From Octopus vulgaris (taxonomy: Eukaryota): 64,000 bases of DNA. Under the pieces are notes generated by a model that made no database searches, was not told the DNA's origin, and saw only the letters and a program-made list of their open reading frames with translations. The position numbers and the translations under genes were made by a program. Every line of letters begins with the position of its first letter. Position 1 is the stretch's first letter. The DNA lies in assembly GCA_951406725.2 (NCBI GenBank), contig OX597821.1:70556001-70620000 (forward strand). The letters are read 5' to 3'. Below are positions 27,937 to 41,175 of this stretch, piece after piece.

Positions 27937-28146
27937 ATGCTGCTGCTGCGGCTGCTGCTGCTACTACTACTACTACTACTACTACATCATTCATTATGGC
28001 GTATTGTTTCTGCTTGACGAAAAACAACTTGGCTCGGCCGCCAGTAAAATATAACAAAAAGTGATGACTGCGTGTTTTCGTGAGTTGTCTGTTATATTGG
28101 GATAATGGAACAACGTGGAGTTTAGTAAAGCGTTATGTGTGTGTGT

Positions 28147-28221
<75 letters not shown>

Positions 28222-30323
28222 CGTGTGTGTGTGTGTGTGTATGCGTGTGTGTGTGTGTGCGTGTGTATGTGTGTAGCGTGTAGGAGAACAGATAAATAGA
28301 AGGGGAAGAAAGAAGAGATAAGTGAATGAGGGAATAAATTAATGAGTGAAAAGAGAAGACAAAAAGAGAAGGATGATAAAAAGACGGAAAGAAACGAAAC
28401 AATATATATGTACGAATTTGTGTATGCTTGTGTAAGTATATGTGTGTGTGAGAGAGAGAGAGGATGTGTGTGTGTGTGCGTGTGTTTGTGTGCGCGCGCG
28501 TGTTTATATATATGCAAGTATACACGTATGTATTACGTATGCATATATGTATGTATGTATATATATATATATGTATGCATGTATGTATGCATGTATGCAT
28601 GTATGTATGTATGTATGTATGTATGTATGTATGTGTATATATATATATATATATATATACAGATGTATAAAGTCATGTTTAACACGTTCAATTGTATTCG
28701 GTCGTGTCAAGACCTACCACTGCATGAATAACCCTGCGAGAGAAAAATTCTCCGTTTAGACTTGTGTAGATATGAATTTGTTTTGAGCTGTGAATGGCGT
28801 CTTTTGAACTTTGCACGAATGCCTTTCCGTGTGCCTCCGCTTTGACAGCTACAGTAACTAACTCAGTCGATCAGAGCCTGGCAAATATAAAGTTGTAATT
28901 ATAAAAACAGCGGAGAGAGATAAAAAAAGAGAAACAAAGGACAAATTAAAGACAGAATGTAGATATGCATAATATCAATTAATTAATTGACGGATTGATT
29001 AATAAAGACCTACAAGTAAAATAATCCAGTAGCCTCGACCGTATAAACAACAATTAGTTAAGTTAGTGTTAAAATGTTTAATGCAAGGAGTTTTAAAATG
29101 TTGACAAGAAATAATTATGAACAATTAAACATATTTTTAAAAAGTGCTTCGATCATGTTTCGATCTTAATCTGCTTTCGTCAGCAAAGCACAACCTTCAT
29201 CGTAGATGCCGAAGTTCTAAATGTCTTACTAAGTAAACAAACATTTTCTTTTACTGATAGAAATTGTAGACCTTGATTGGATTTGATATCAAATTCAGAA
29301 TGGAACAAATTGCAGAAATTCTCTTTTGCCCAACGCGCTAACAATTCTATAAGCCTAACATCAATAAATATTTGGAGCACGAGCACAAAGTCAAGTCTTT
29401 TGGGGAGGGATTATATCACTAAACCAATTCCAGGATTTGAATTAAGAAAAATATATAATTAGCATTATTCAATGCTGGATTTGAAGTAAGCAGACAGTAT
29501 GACGGAACAAATATCGCAAGGCATTTAACTCCACGTTCTAATAATACAACTAACGTACAGTAGTTCCCAGAATAAACATCTTGTACAACTTACAACAGCA
29601 TTTCACCGGTAAAATGGTTTTTTAATCAATAAAAGAAGTAAATTTTAGACGAAGAATCTTAATTGGAACAAAAGAAGTCTTAGATGTTGTCAACATGAAT
29701 GTGCTGGTACAGCATAATTCAAAGACAAAATATTCGACTTCATGACAATATTACTTAGCAAACGCTTAATCAATCGATATAGATTGGATTCGATATAGAC
29801 TACATCAAATACTGACTCCAATCAATATTTCACCTCGAAATTAAAGGGAAACTTTTGATTTTAGTAACTTAGACCCAAGATGACGCTGACCATTCTGGTT
29901 TATAATGAAAATCTTTCAAGCCATCATCACTCATCATTTTTGATTCTGGGTCTGCCTTCATCGAGAAGACCTATCATCGAAAACATTCAAACCATAGCTG
30001 TACCACTAGTCACCCACCCACCCCGGATTAGTGTACCTTGAAATATATTAGCCAATGTGCTTATAACTTTTGCACGATGTAGGAGGGGTGTGTTTTAAAT
30101 GAGATTTGGCCACAATTTCTAGCAGATCGAACAACCATCCATTCCTTCCTTCACCTCGTCCTTCTGTTACACTCTCACTCAGGTACATGGCCACTCAATT
30201 CCTCACCCACCCTCACACACCGACTCGCTCACCCACACACTCAATCCCTCATTCACCCCCACTCACTCTCGCACACACTCTCAGACTCACCCACACTGAT
30301 TCTCGGACATACTCCTACCGCCA

Positions 30324-30378
<55 letters not shown>

Positions 30379-30579
30379 TAACATACTCTCTATCATTCTC
30401 TCTCTCTCTCTCTCTCCATCACTCTTTCTCTCTTTCCTTCTCTTTCTCTCACTCTCTGTTTTTCCCTTACATGAAAAACAGCAACGAAAACTAACGCCGA
30501 TGTCGTTGTTGTTGTCGTTGTTGTTATTGTTATTCTCCTCTTTCTTCCTTTTAAAATCTTAATATTGTAATAACTAACA

Positions 30580-30960
30580 TGCTCTTGGGGGTTTCAAACG
30601 GGTGTGAGCATGGGTGTAGGGTGGCTAAGCAAGAAAAAATTGTTTCGGGCAGTTTCTGGTTTCCTGGCACTTTAACTGAACAGAACAACCGACAGTGTAT
30701 TGAAGTGAATTCTTCCTGCAACAATTGACAGACACATTGTGTCTAAGCTAACGATGACATGCCGTCAAACCTCCAGCCAGACAATGGCTGCTCCATCCTT
30801 TCCTTCTAAACGCTATTGTAAACGGCCAACTAGCACAGGAAATTTGTCTGACCGTTAAGTAGCGAATTCTTCGGAAGCTGACGATCAGCATACCGGAAAA
30901 AGCCGACGGCGTACGAAATATGTTAATAAGTGTTAGTATTTATACGCTACTCATTTGCGA
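30580..30960. promoter_or_regulatory. Candidate cis-regulatory island
   Basis: Unique CpG-containing island between simple repeats; four Sox-type sites (AACAAT, CATTGT, ACAATGG, CTATTGT) and TGACAG within ~100 bp. Confidence 0.3.
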
Positions 30961-30986
30961 GAAGGCAGGAGAAGGGGAAAAGGAGA

Positions 30987-31018
<32 letters not shown>

Positions 31019-31736
31019 AATGGGAGAAAAGAATGACTGAAAGACTGAATGAAATAAACAAATAAATGAAGAAAGGAAAGATGTGAAAAAGGGGGAAGGA
31101 TAGGAATGATAGAAAGAGAGAAGGGGAGGAAGGAAGGAGGAGGAGGAGAGATAATGTAAGTAGAAAGAATGAGTGGATGGTTGTGAAGAGGAATTGATGC
31201 TTTTCGGTTTTGACCTCTCGACCTTGATTACTAACGGCTATTTTCGGGCGAGTTGAGATTTAGTAGGCAAGGAACAAGATGAACGAGAGGCTCTATTATT
31301 GAATATCAAACTTCATTTGACAGTTATCAATTGAAATACAGATTCGATAACGAGAAGATTTTTAATTTGAAAATAATAAGATGATTAAAAAGAAAAAAAA
31401 GAATGAAGATTACGAGGAGGACTGCTTAAAGTGTTTAAAGGGATCGTCAGGAAAGTTGGCGGATTATTCAATCAATTCGAAATTGTAGAAATAACGATAA
31501 CTGATGAGGATTGTGATAATACTATGATGTTTAGTTGTTATTCGATTAGCCATTGCAAGTCAATGGCGGGGGAGAGGGGGGGTCATGAAGATTGGCATAC
31601 AGACAGATAAATACAGAAGTAAATAGAAACTCGTTAGATATGAACAAGAGGATAAGGATTATATAAGACACTACAACGACCTCACATGGTGTAACTGAAT
31701 TGATCAACCTTTCAAGCACAATATATATTTATATGC

Positions 31737-31778
<42 letters not shown>

Positions 31779-32099
31779 ACAAACTCTAATTCATTTGTAA
31801 AATGAATAAATAATATAACATTATATTATCCGTAAGTTGATGAACAAACCAAATTTGTTTCTCCATTTTCTTATTTGTATTATACATTTACAGTAAAAAT
31901 ATTTCTTTACTTTCACCCATTTAAAACAATAGATGGATTAATTGCATTGCAATTAAAAACATTTGTGTATTAAGAATTTGGGTACTTTACCAACAATATA
32001 TTAGATAATTAATATACCATAGTGGGTTACATCCATAACCCCTATCTTACTTTGTACTATATATATATATATATATACATTTTCGGTTTAAATGTTAGA

Positions 32100-32660
32100 A
32101 CCAATATTGCTAGATATTAGATTTAGTAAGAACTTCCATAGCGACCATAAATTGTACAAATTCTTTAATAGATACAACCACAAAGTAAGTTATAGCTACT
32201 CGAACAGTTTCGTCTCCTCCCAAACCAGAAGTAATAGGGAAAAGCTAGCTTCCCCACTTCCAGAAATTATTCATCACTGCAATGCAACTGTCTCAACAAA
32301 AGTATATGCCTTGTATCCAGTAAATGCCATCAAAGAAACGTCGTTTATTGCACTAATATTTCAAACTAGACTAACAGCAATGGCACAAGGTATTACATAG
32401 GCGTCACTGGGAGCATGTTTATATTTAGGTATACTCAATATACATACACTTTCAGATATGAGGACAAAAACTCTGTGGCAACTTTTATGAAATACATTTG
32501 GAGCTTAAAGAGTAGAGGTGTCACCAACAGCATCATATGGCCTATTATTGAATTTTTACCAACTCATTATAAGCAGCTACTTCTGCTTAGCAGAAAAATG
32601 TAATATTCTCAGCCTCTCAGACATTTATATTCTTTGCGTCACAATCAAAGAAAATTCTTT
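32100..32660 (+). pseudogene. Penelope-like element GIY-YIG endonuclease remnant
   Basis: HKLYKFFNRYNHKVSYS..CNCLNKSICLVSSKCHQRNVVYC..YYIGVTGSMFIFRY..KYIWSLK..CLAEK: Cys-rich linker plus VVY/YIG motifs. Confidence 0.75.
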
Positions 32661-33061
32661 CTACGATTCTTCAGACTACCTTTATTACATCATTCGCATA
32701 TTTACTTTTTATCTTACACTTATCGAAATTCAAATCTATTTGATTTCTACAGCTTCCAAGAGCACAACTGTATTCGTTTTTGCTTAGGTAAAATGACAAA
32801 ATTGTGGGTGTTAAGTCCCCAAGGAGGGCTCTTTCTAACTTTGTAAGAAGATGAAATTTTATAAATATTACTTCATTTGTATCTAATATCTATGGTTAAA
32901 ATTTCATCAACAGCAAAAATATATGAATTGTCATGGGGGTTAAGGCCTTTATGCTTAGAATATAATTTCCAAATTTCATAAAGATCCATTCAGTAATTTT
33001 GACCTAGTTTTGGATCATAAAAGAAATGACTAAAATTTGGGAGTTAAGGCTCCCATTAGGG

Positions 33062-33131
<70 letters not shown>

Positions 33132-33427
33132 ATAGATAGATAGATTGATAGATAGATAGATAGTTATAGATACACACACACACACAAAGATAAATTGATA
33201 GATACAACTGAGTGGGCAAACAAAAATATGAGACACAGCCTAGTGCTTTTTTATGTTGATAAGACTAATACTTATTCTGTTAGTTTGTTCTTGTGAAACC
33301 AGTAAGTTATGTGGATGTAAATAAATGAACAGCAGTTGTGAAGCAGTGAAGACACACACATACACTTACATATATACATATATATACGATTGATTTGTTT
33401 CAGTTCCTATCTACGAAATCCATATAT

Positions 33428-35270
33428 ATTGTTGTTGGCATCCTTTTTGTCTCGGGAGACAATGGAGTTGCGCATAAAATAATCTAGTCCGGCTTTTACA
33501 TTTCAAGTCCTAATACATCTCCTGCTGTGGCTGTGTAGTCTTATTCTGAACAAACACTCCCTCTGGCAGGTGCCGCAAATGTAGCAAAGACTTTCCCTGG
33601 CTGGTTGTAATGTCATACTTTCTTGTTGATGTCTTTTCTTGTCTTTCCATTTCTTCTCTCCCTCTATGTCACTCCTTTGTGTTCCCTCTTTTACAGTACG
33701 TCGCCAATCTCCACGGTTGGTGGCAACTGCTTCCCAGTTGGTAATATTGATGTTGCAGGCATTCATGTCCCTTTTGCAAACATCCTTGTATCGTAAGAAC
33801 GGTCTTCCCATAGACCTAGTGCCCCTAGCAAGCTCTCCGTTGAGTATGTCCTTGGGGATTCTGCCATCTTCCATACGGCTAACATGTCGAAGCCATCTCA
33901 TACGTCTTTGTGTGAGGAGTGTAAACATGCTTGGTATTCCTGCTTGCTTGATGACATCTTTGTTGGGGACATGATTCTGCCATTTGATGCGAAGGATTTT
34001 CCGGAGGCAGCGTTGGTGAAATATATTTAGGCGACGTATGGCGTCGTATGGCGAGTGTATGGCGTCCAAGTCTCACTTCCATACAGTAGAGTGATAAGTA
34101 CACATGCCTGGTAAATCTTCATTTTTGTGGTCTTGGTCAGCTTATTGTTGTTCCATGCCCGTTTGGAGAGTTGGGTCATCACAGCAGCTGCCTTGCCAAT
34201 GCATAAATTGAGCTCAGTATCAAGGGATATGTTGTAGGTGACGGTAGAGACAAGGTAGGTAAACTTCTCCACCTCCTGTAGTCTGTGGTCTCCAATATGT
34301 ATGTTTGGGATGGTCGAAGTAGCCTGACCCATAATGTTGGTCTTCTTGAGGCTGATAAATAAGCCAAAGTTGCCACATGCTTGCTCAAAACAGTTGATGA
34401 GCCTTTGTAGTGCTTCTTCTGTGTGATGCCAGAGCGGCATCATCAGCAAATAGCATCTCCTTGATCAGGACGCTTCTAATTTTGATCTTGGCACGCAAAC
34501 GCGAGAGATTGAACAGTTTCCAAACAATTCTACTGTGCAGAAACACTCCATCATCTGATGTCACAAAAGCATGTGACAGCAGCAGCGAGAAGATGCCAAA
34601 TAATGTAGGAGCAAGGACACAACCTTGCTTTACCCCATTTTTTATTTGGAAGGCGGCTGATGTTGAACCATTGTGCTGTATGGTGCCTTGCATATCATCA
34701 TGGAAAGATGTGATGATCCTCAGCAGATTTGGTGGACATTCGATTTTTTGGAGCAGGGTGAAGAAGCTTTTTCTACATACCAAGTCAAAGGCCTTTGTCA
34801 GATCAATGAAGGCCATATATAATGGTATTTTCTGCTCTCTGGACTTCTCCTGAAGTTGGCGTATGGAGAATATCATGTCAATAGTTGATCTGCTTCTTCT
34901 AAAGCCACACTGCGATTCTGGATAAATTCGAGAAGCAAGCAGTTGCAGCCTGGACAGGATAATGCGAGCAGAGGCCTTTCCAACAGTGCTTAGAAGAGAT
35001 ATTCCACGGTAATTGTTACAATCACCACGGTCACCTGTGATTTTGTAAAGCGTAATGATGTTAGCATCCCGCATATCCTGAGGAACTGTGCCCTCTTCCC
35101 AACACTGACACAGAAGCCCATGAAAGTGCCGAAGCAGGATGGTGTTTTTGCCGGTTTTGATGATCTCTAAGGGGATGCCGTCTTTTCCCGGAGCATTGTT
35201 ACTTGCTAAGGAGACAATAGCCTTGGTGAGCTCTGCTATAGATGGCAGGCTGTCAAGTTCACACATGACT
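33428..35270 (-). mobile_element. 5'-truncated RTE-clade (BovB-like) LINE
   Basis: NYRGISLLS, AFIDLTKAFD, GVKQGCVLAP, MLFADD, LLYGSETW, HVSRMEDGRIPK, C-terminal C2H2-like motif; 3' end CCATTGTCTCCCGAGAC..GGATGCC(AAC)n; several frameshifts. Confidence 0.92.
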
Positions 35271-35580
35271 CCGGTGGCCATAGCGTCGATTGTGGGCTGG
35301 TAGCTGTGTGCAGTCGCACCAATGTCGCCCGGAGCGAGCTCCGGTGGCCATAGCGTCGACTGTGGGCTGGTAGCTGTGTACAGTCGGCCCAATGTCGCCC
35401 GGAGCGAGCTCCGGTCGCCATAGCATCTTTGCCTCCACTAAATTTATTCTGTCCAGTTACGTATCTGTATAGTGGTCATTTGCAAACTCCAGAGGTGACA
35501 CTTTCATTTCTCCTTGTCGACTGTGGGCTGGTAGCTGTGGACGGTCGACCCAACGTCGCCCAGAGCGAGCTCTGGCCGGT
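35269..35580. repeat. GC-rich 70-bp tandem repeat (2.2 units plus one detached unit)
   Basis: Units at 35271-35340 and 35341-35410, partial 35411-35425, variant 35516-35580. Confidence 0.9.
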
Positions 35581-35584
35581 ATGA

Positions 35585-35686
35585 TGCTATAGTAGAAGAC
35601 ACATGCCAAGTTACCACACAGTGGGACTGAACTGAGGACCAGGTGTTTTGGAACCAAGTTTGTTACCACACAGCCACACCTGCACC
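35585..35686 (-). mobile_element. SINE family A head
   Basis: GGTGTGGCTGTGTGGTAAC..GTTCAGTCCCACTGTGTGG. Confidence 0.7.
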
Positions 35687-35881
35687 TCTGTGTGTGTGTA
35701 TGTGGGTGTTGGTGCATCGGGACGTGTGTATGGGTGTATATATGTATGCATGTACATATGTGTATATATATATGTACATATTACATGTACATCTATATAT
35801 ACATCTAGACATACATGTTTACATATACATGTATATCTATAGAAATACATCTATACACATACAGCTATACATATACATCAG

Positions 35882-35924
<43 letters not shown>

Positions 35925-35941
35925 ATGTGTGTGTAGATATA

Positions 35942-35981
<40 letters not shown>

Positions 35982-35986
<5 letters not shown>

Positions 35987-36347
35987 ATATATAAACGGCA
36001 GTTTGTCTGTGCGTGTTTCTGTGTGTATGTTTGCTTGTACCCTCACCCTGACCACGGCTTTCAACCGATTCTGATGAAACTTGACACACACATAGCCCAA
36101 TGTCATAATTCAAAACTAACGCAGCGAAAATTTTGAAAAGTTCCCCAGTTCTGAAAAAAGTCGATAAAATCGACATGGGGTCGAGAATCAGAAACAAACC
36201 ACAGACTGTCTAGGGGACGCAACTCAACCTTTTTAACTAAAAAAAAAATTTACCATCATTTTTTTGCTATTTTTTGGCTATAACTCTCTAAAAATGCTTT
36301 ATAGTTATTTCCCTTACAAACCTGAGCAACGCCGGGCGATACTGCTA

Positions 36348-36348
<1 letters not shown>
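35982..36348 (+). mobile_element. Non-autonomous Helitron
   Basis: 5' TC(TCTATATATAA), subterminal GC hairpin CCTGAGCAACGCCGGG, 3' CTAG, inserted between A and T in (TA)n; same 3' end at 50283 and 63953. Confidence 0.8.
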
Positions 36349-36392
<44 letters not shown>

Positions 36393-37729
36393 AGTTATAT
36401 ATATGGTGGCGAATACTCGTTATAAATATCCCCACCAGTGGCCTAGCATGTATAAAATGTCAATAGACAACATATTCGTATTTCAAAATAGAAAATTACC
36501 CTTTAACAGGTAATTTTTACATGCTAGAAATAGCAGCCAACACGGCCAAAAACCTTAATTTTATAGCAAATTTCGAAATAAATGAAAAATATATGTTCTT
36601 AGCATTCTCGAAGTTTCCACCAACCTACATTATCCATCAACTAGGAGAATTAACTAACTTACTGTTGTTGTCAGAGGTACGAAGGAAGTTTAAGCCACTG
36701 GCAGCTGACAATCCAGATATCCATTGAAAGCCGCTGCTTCATACACAAGTATTACGGTGTTTAATCTTTGTCGCTCGTATAGACAACAGTCCCACCAATG
36801 GTTACTTCCAGAAAAAAAAAGGCTGTGTTGCCGTTTATATTGTTAGATTTTTATACTAACTAACCTGCAACAAACACTATTCTGCCCTTGTAATAAATGC
36901 TACGAACTGGTGTCGCTACGTAAACCATACCGCAGCTTTGTAGCTACCAACATTCATAATTGATGTCGCTTCCAGGCCAATAACACCACGTGACGTGAAC
37001 TGACTAATAGAAGTATAACATCTAGTGGCTACTTGCCATTTTGAATTTGTTTCATATCCTGTTACTCTGTTTCTAAATGCCTGATGAGTTATGTTCCTTC
37101 TACGAGCCTACGAAACTTTAAGCCGAATGGAATTGAGTCAAAATGTTTTCAAGCAATATATATATCTTCCAAATAAAGCTTCCAGTAGACTCTGTCTTCC
37201 GTATTAATAATTTCGAATACACTCAACGTGCACCGAAAAATTCCTTATGTACATCCAGCAACGAAAGTGCACCACCCCTGGGTGACGCCTGGTCGCCAAA
37301 AGCGGTGGACGTGCTCTGCAGATTCACTATAAGCGACATTCCCATAACAAGGTTTCGAGGCTACCCAAGCTTTAATTTTAAATACAAGTTCTACACACAC
37401 ACACATACATACATACATACATAAATACATACATATAAAGACATAATTTATGGTACTTTTTGTTTTATGTTAAATGATAAAAACAATTTTACATTAACCT
37501 GAAGGATGTGTTCGCGCGCGCATGTGTGTGTGTGCGTGTGTGTGTTGCTTCGTATATTAGGTGCACCGTGTGTGTATATGAGTGAGCGTATGTATATATT
37601 AGAAATGCAGAAAGCAATGATAATACTACAATCTCTTATCTATTATTATAATATAGTTTTATGCGCAGTTAAGTAGATGTCATTAAACTCTTTGACAAAG
37701 GCATTATATGACATTTCTCATGGCCCCAG

Positions 37730-37965
37730 CAGACAAAATGGAAAAGGCGTCGCCCCGGAGGATAGCGGCGGTGATGTACTGGAACAGACACTCTCACTCA
37801 CGTGGCTTGCACTTGCGGACAGCAATCTCTGCTGTGATAGCAGTGAGCAGGAATATGGTCCGGAAGCCAAGAACGCCGGAGGACTCCTATGACCCAGCCT
37901 CAACCATAAACCTGTTGGAGAGCGATCGACACCATGACAGCTATTTTATGGACTCCTACTGAGTG
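37730..37965 (-). pseudogene. C-terminal remnant of a CRE-like RLE retrotransposon
   Basis: Minus strand RSLSNRFMVE..ESSGVLGFRTIFLLTAI..PRE*ECLFQYITAAILRGDAFSIL matches the ETxG..FQRISxAxQRGNA tail of CRE/RLE elements. Confidence 0.55.
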
Positions 37966-38929
37966 ATATAGTCAGCCACATTTGGATATCTACAATCCAC
38001 AGAGTGCTTACAAGATATATACACGGGTTTATACATATCTACTCGAAGATAGGTCACTATATAACATATGTAAAAAAGGGGTCTATGTGTATACATACTA
38101 ACTTGATCTCTTAACGGCTAGATAATTCAAACTTGAGTCTAGAGTAAAATATATATAAGCGATTAAATTTTCACTTGATACGATTCGACGATCACGACTT
38201 CATGGATAGTTACTGGTATCTATTAGTAAGCCAATAGAAATTATACAGTTACAACGGTTTATTTATTATTGACTATTTTGTATCTATTTTTAAATTCATT
38301 TTTATTACATAATTATTTTCCCTTACAGATATATCATTATTTTTTATTATCTACATATTTTAAAATTTATTTTTATTTTATCTTTATTTTTTTTATTTTT
38401 TACTTACTTGAATTATAATCTTTGCAAATACACACACACACAATATATAAGATATAACTTTTTAAACTCCCTTAGTTTCAAATTTTTAAACTTCCTTAGT
38501 TTCAAATTTGAATCCCTTCAAAAAATATACAACCTTCGTTTTATAAAAACAAAAGAAAAAAAAAACTGAAGAGATTCTGACCCGCACAGTTTAAAATTAT
38601 AAACAATTCTTAACATCGGATCTGACCCAAATGATTCGAACCCAAATGCATTATTAAGGGCCCTGAATCGAAACAAACATAAGTTTTTTGAGTTTCTTGT
38701 GTACTCTTTTAAAATTGGTTTGTATTTAAAATTTAGCTTCAAACCTTGATACAAATAAATTAATTATACATCTCCAAATCTACATTTTCTTACCTTATCG
38801 ATGATACTTATTATAATAATCCATAAAACATTGTGGAGATTTTGTGATGGAGGTTAAACCAGTGAAATTTTGGATTTATTAATCCCCAATGTGGACATGA
38901 CACCGTTGAAATGACTATATACATATATA

Positions 38930-38967
<38 letters not shown>

Positions 38968-38972
38968 CATAC

Positions 38973-39182
38973 TCTTTTACTTGTTTCAGTCATTTGACTG
39001 TGGCCATGCTGGAGCACCACAATTTTAGTCGAGCAAATCGACCCCAGGACTTATTCTTTGTACGCCTAGTACTTATTCTATCGGTCTCTTTTGCCAAACC
39101 GCTAAGTTACGGGGACATAAACACACCAGCATCAGTTGTCAAGCGATGTTGGGGGGACAAACACAGACACACAAACACATAC

Positions 39183-39255
<73 letters not shown>

Positions 39256-39419
39256 TATATACGACGGGCTTCTTTCAGTTTCTGTCTACCAAATCCACTC
39301 ACAAGGCTTTGGTCAGCCCGAGGCTATAGTAGAAGACACTTGCCTAAGGTGCCATGCTGTGGGACTGAACCCGGAACCATGTGATTGGTAAGCAAGCTAC
39401 TTACCACACAGCCACTCCT
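38973..39419 (-). mobile_element. Full-length tRNA-derived SINE (family A)
   Basis: Colinear with 18995-19388; longer internal (TA)n. Confidence 0.85.
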
Positions 39420-39439
39420 ATATATATATATATATATAC

Positions 39440-40730
39440 TGCCTTGGAAAGCTAAGTAATGTATTTCTATTTAAGATTTAAAATTTTTTAAAATATTTTG
39501 ATAAGCCTTATTGTATTATTTTGTATAGTATATAAATACTGATTGTTATTTTATGATTTAGTTGTTGAAGATATGTATAAAATTATTAGATTTTAACTCT
39601 ACGTTATTTGTAAGATATTACTTAGCCAAAGAGATATATAGATCGTTAATAATTATACGGTTTTTTAAAGTTAGGTTACTAGTTTATAATTTGATTTTAA
39701 TCTTCAATTTTTTTAATGTATCCCATAATTATATTATATTAATATTTAATATTTATGTAAGTAGTATTGGATTAATTAATTTATTTTTCTTTATATGTCT
39801 ATACATTTATTGATAGCGTAAATTTTAGATTTTAATCACTATATTTGTTGATAATAAATTAGTTATTATTTTTATAATTATTAGATGTGTACTTAAATCT
39901 AAAATATAAATAATGATTATTTAGTTAAATAATTTGGTAATTAAATTTTGGACTATAACTGAGTTAAGGATATTCGTGAGTTTATTAGGTTTTTAAGCCA
40001 TATTATATATACATAGATATCTCTAATAGTGACTTTGTTCTATTATATCTTAAATATAGCCATTTTCCATTGATAATTTGTAGTGGTATTTGTCATTGAT
40101 AAAATATATTCGTAATTTTCAATGTTAAAAGAATTTTCCATTTGTTTATTATTAGTTTAGTTAATGACACGATTTTTGAAAGCTAAGTAAAACTTTTTAT
40201 TAAAGTTTTTTTAATAATTTATGTTATATTGTATTATATTGGATACTATATAACTAAGGATTGATAATTTGATTGTGTAAGTATTTAGTTGTTGAAGATA
40301 TGTATTTCATTATTAGATTATAACTATAGGGTTTTTGTAAGTTATTAATTAGCCAACGAGATATATTGATCGTTAAATAGTTATACGGTTTTTTTAAGAT
40401 AGGTTATTCGTTTATATTTTGCTTTTTCATCCTTAATTCTTTAATATATTTCGTAAGTAATAATGGAATAATTAATTTATTTAGTTTTCATTATACGTAT
40501 ATATATTTATTGATAGAGAAAATTTTAGATCATAATTATTATATTTATTGATAATAATTTAGTTATTATTCTTAAATATTTTATAATTATTAGATTTGAA
40601 CTTAAATTTAATAATATGAATAGTGATTTTTTTTTGTTAAATAACTTTGTAATTAGATATTGACTATAACTGAGATTAGGTTATTCGTGAGTTTATTATT
40701 TTTTTTAAAACCATATTATATCTCAATAGA
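39440..40730. repeat. Diverged AT-rich tandem duplication, period ~730 bp
   Basis: GAAAGCTAAGTAA at 39447 and 40178; TTTAGTTGTTGAAGATATGTAT and GACTATAACTGAG..TATTCGTGAGTTTATTA each occur twice in register. Confidence 0.75.
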
Positions 40731-41109
40731 TAAATATATTTTCTATCTATTTTTACCTTAAAAATTAATATTTAACATTATAATTGGATTGTATGATATA
40801 ATCCTAATCGTTAAAGTTTCTAATTTGATAATAGAGTTTTTTATAAGTAAAAATTATTATTTTATTTATTTCTTAAAAAATATTGTTTAAATATATTTGT
40901 TTATTTATTTAACTATTATGATTAACCTGAAGATTGACTATAATTATAATTCGAATGTAATTGAATTTAAATTATTGTAATTCGAATTGGGTTATGGCCA
41001 TGAAACGTACGTAGTGGTTTTACTTATATTATATATTAAACTTTTTAATACTTTTTGATAGTTATTTTTAAAAAATAAAAAGTTTAATAAATTAAAAATT
41101 TAAAATTTA

Positions 41110-41175
<66 letters not shown>

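Noticed and set aside
29560-30000. Possible Penelope RT C-terminal remnant (TDSNQY-like)
   Set aside because: Only one short motif and no continuous frame
35269-35425. CRISPR-like appearance of the 70-bp repeat
   Set aside because: No unique spacers, eukaryotic context and no cas genes
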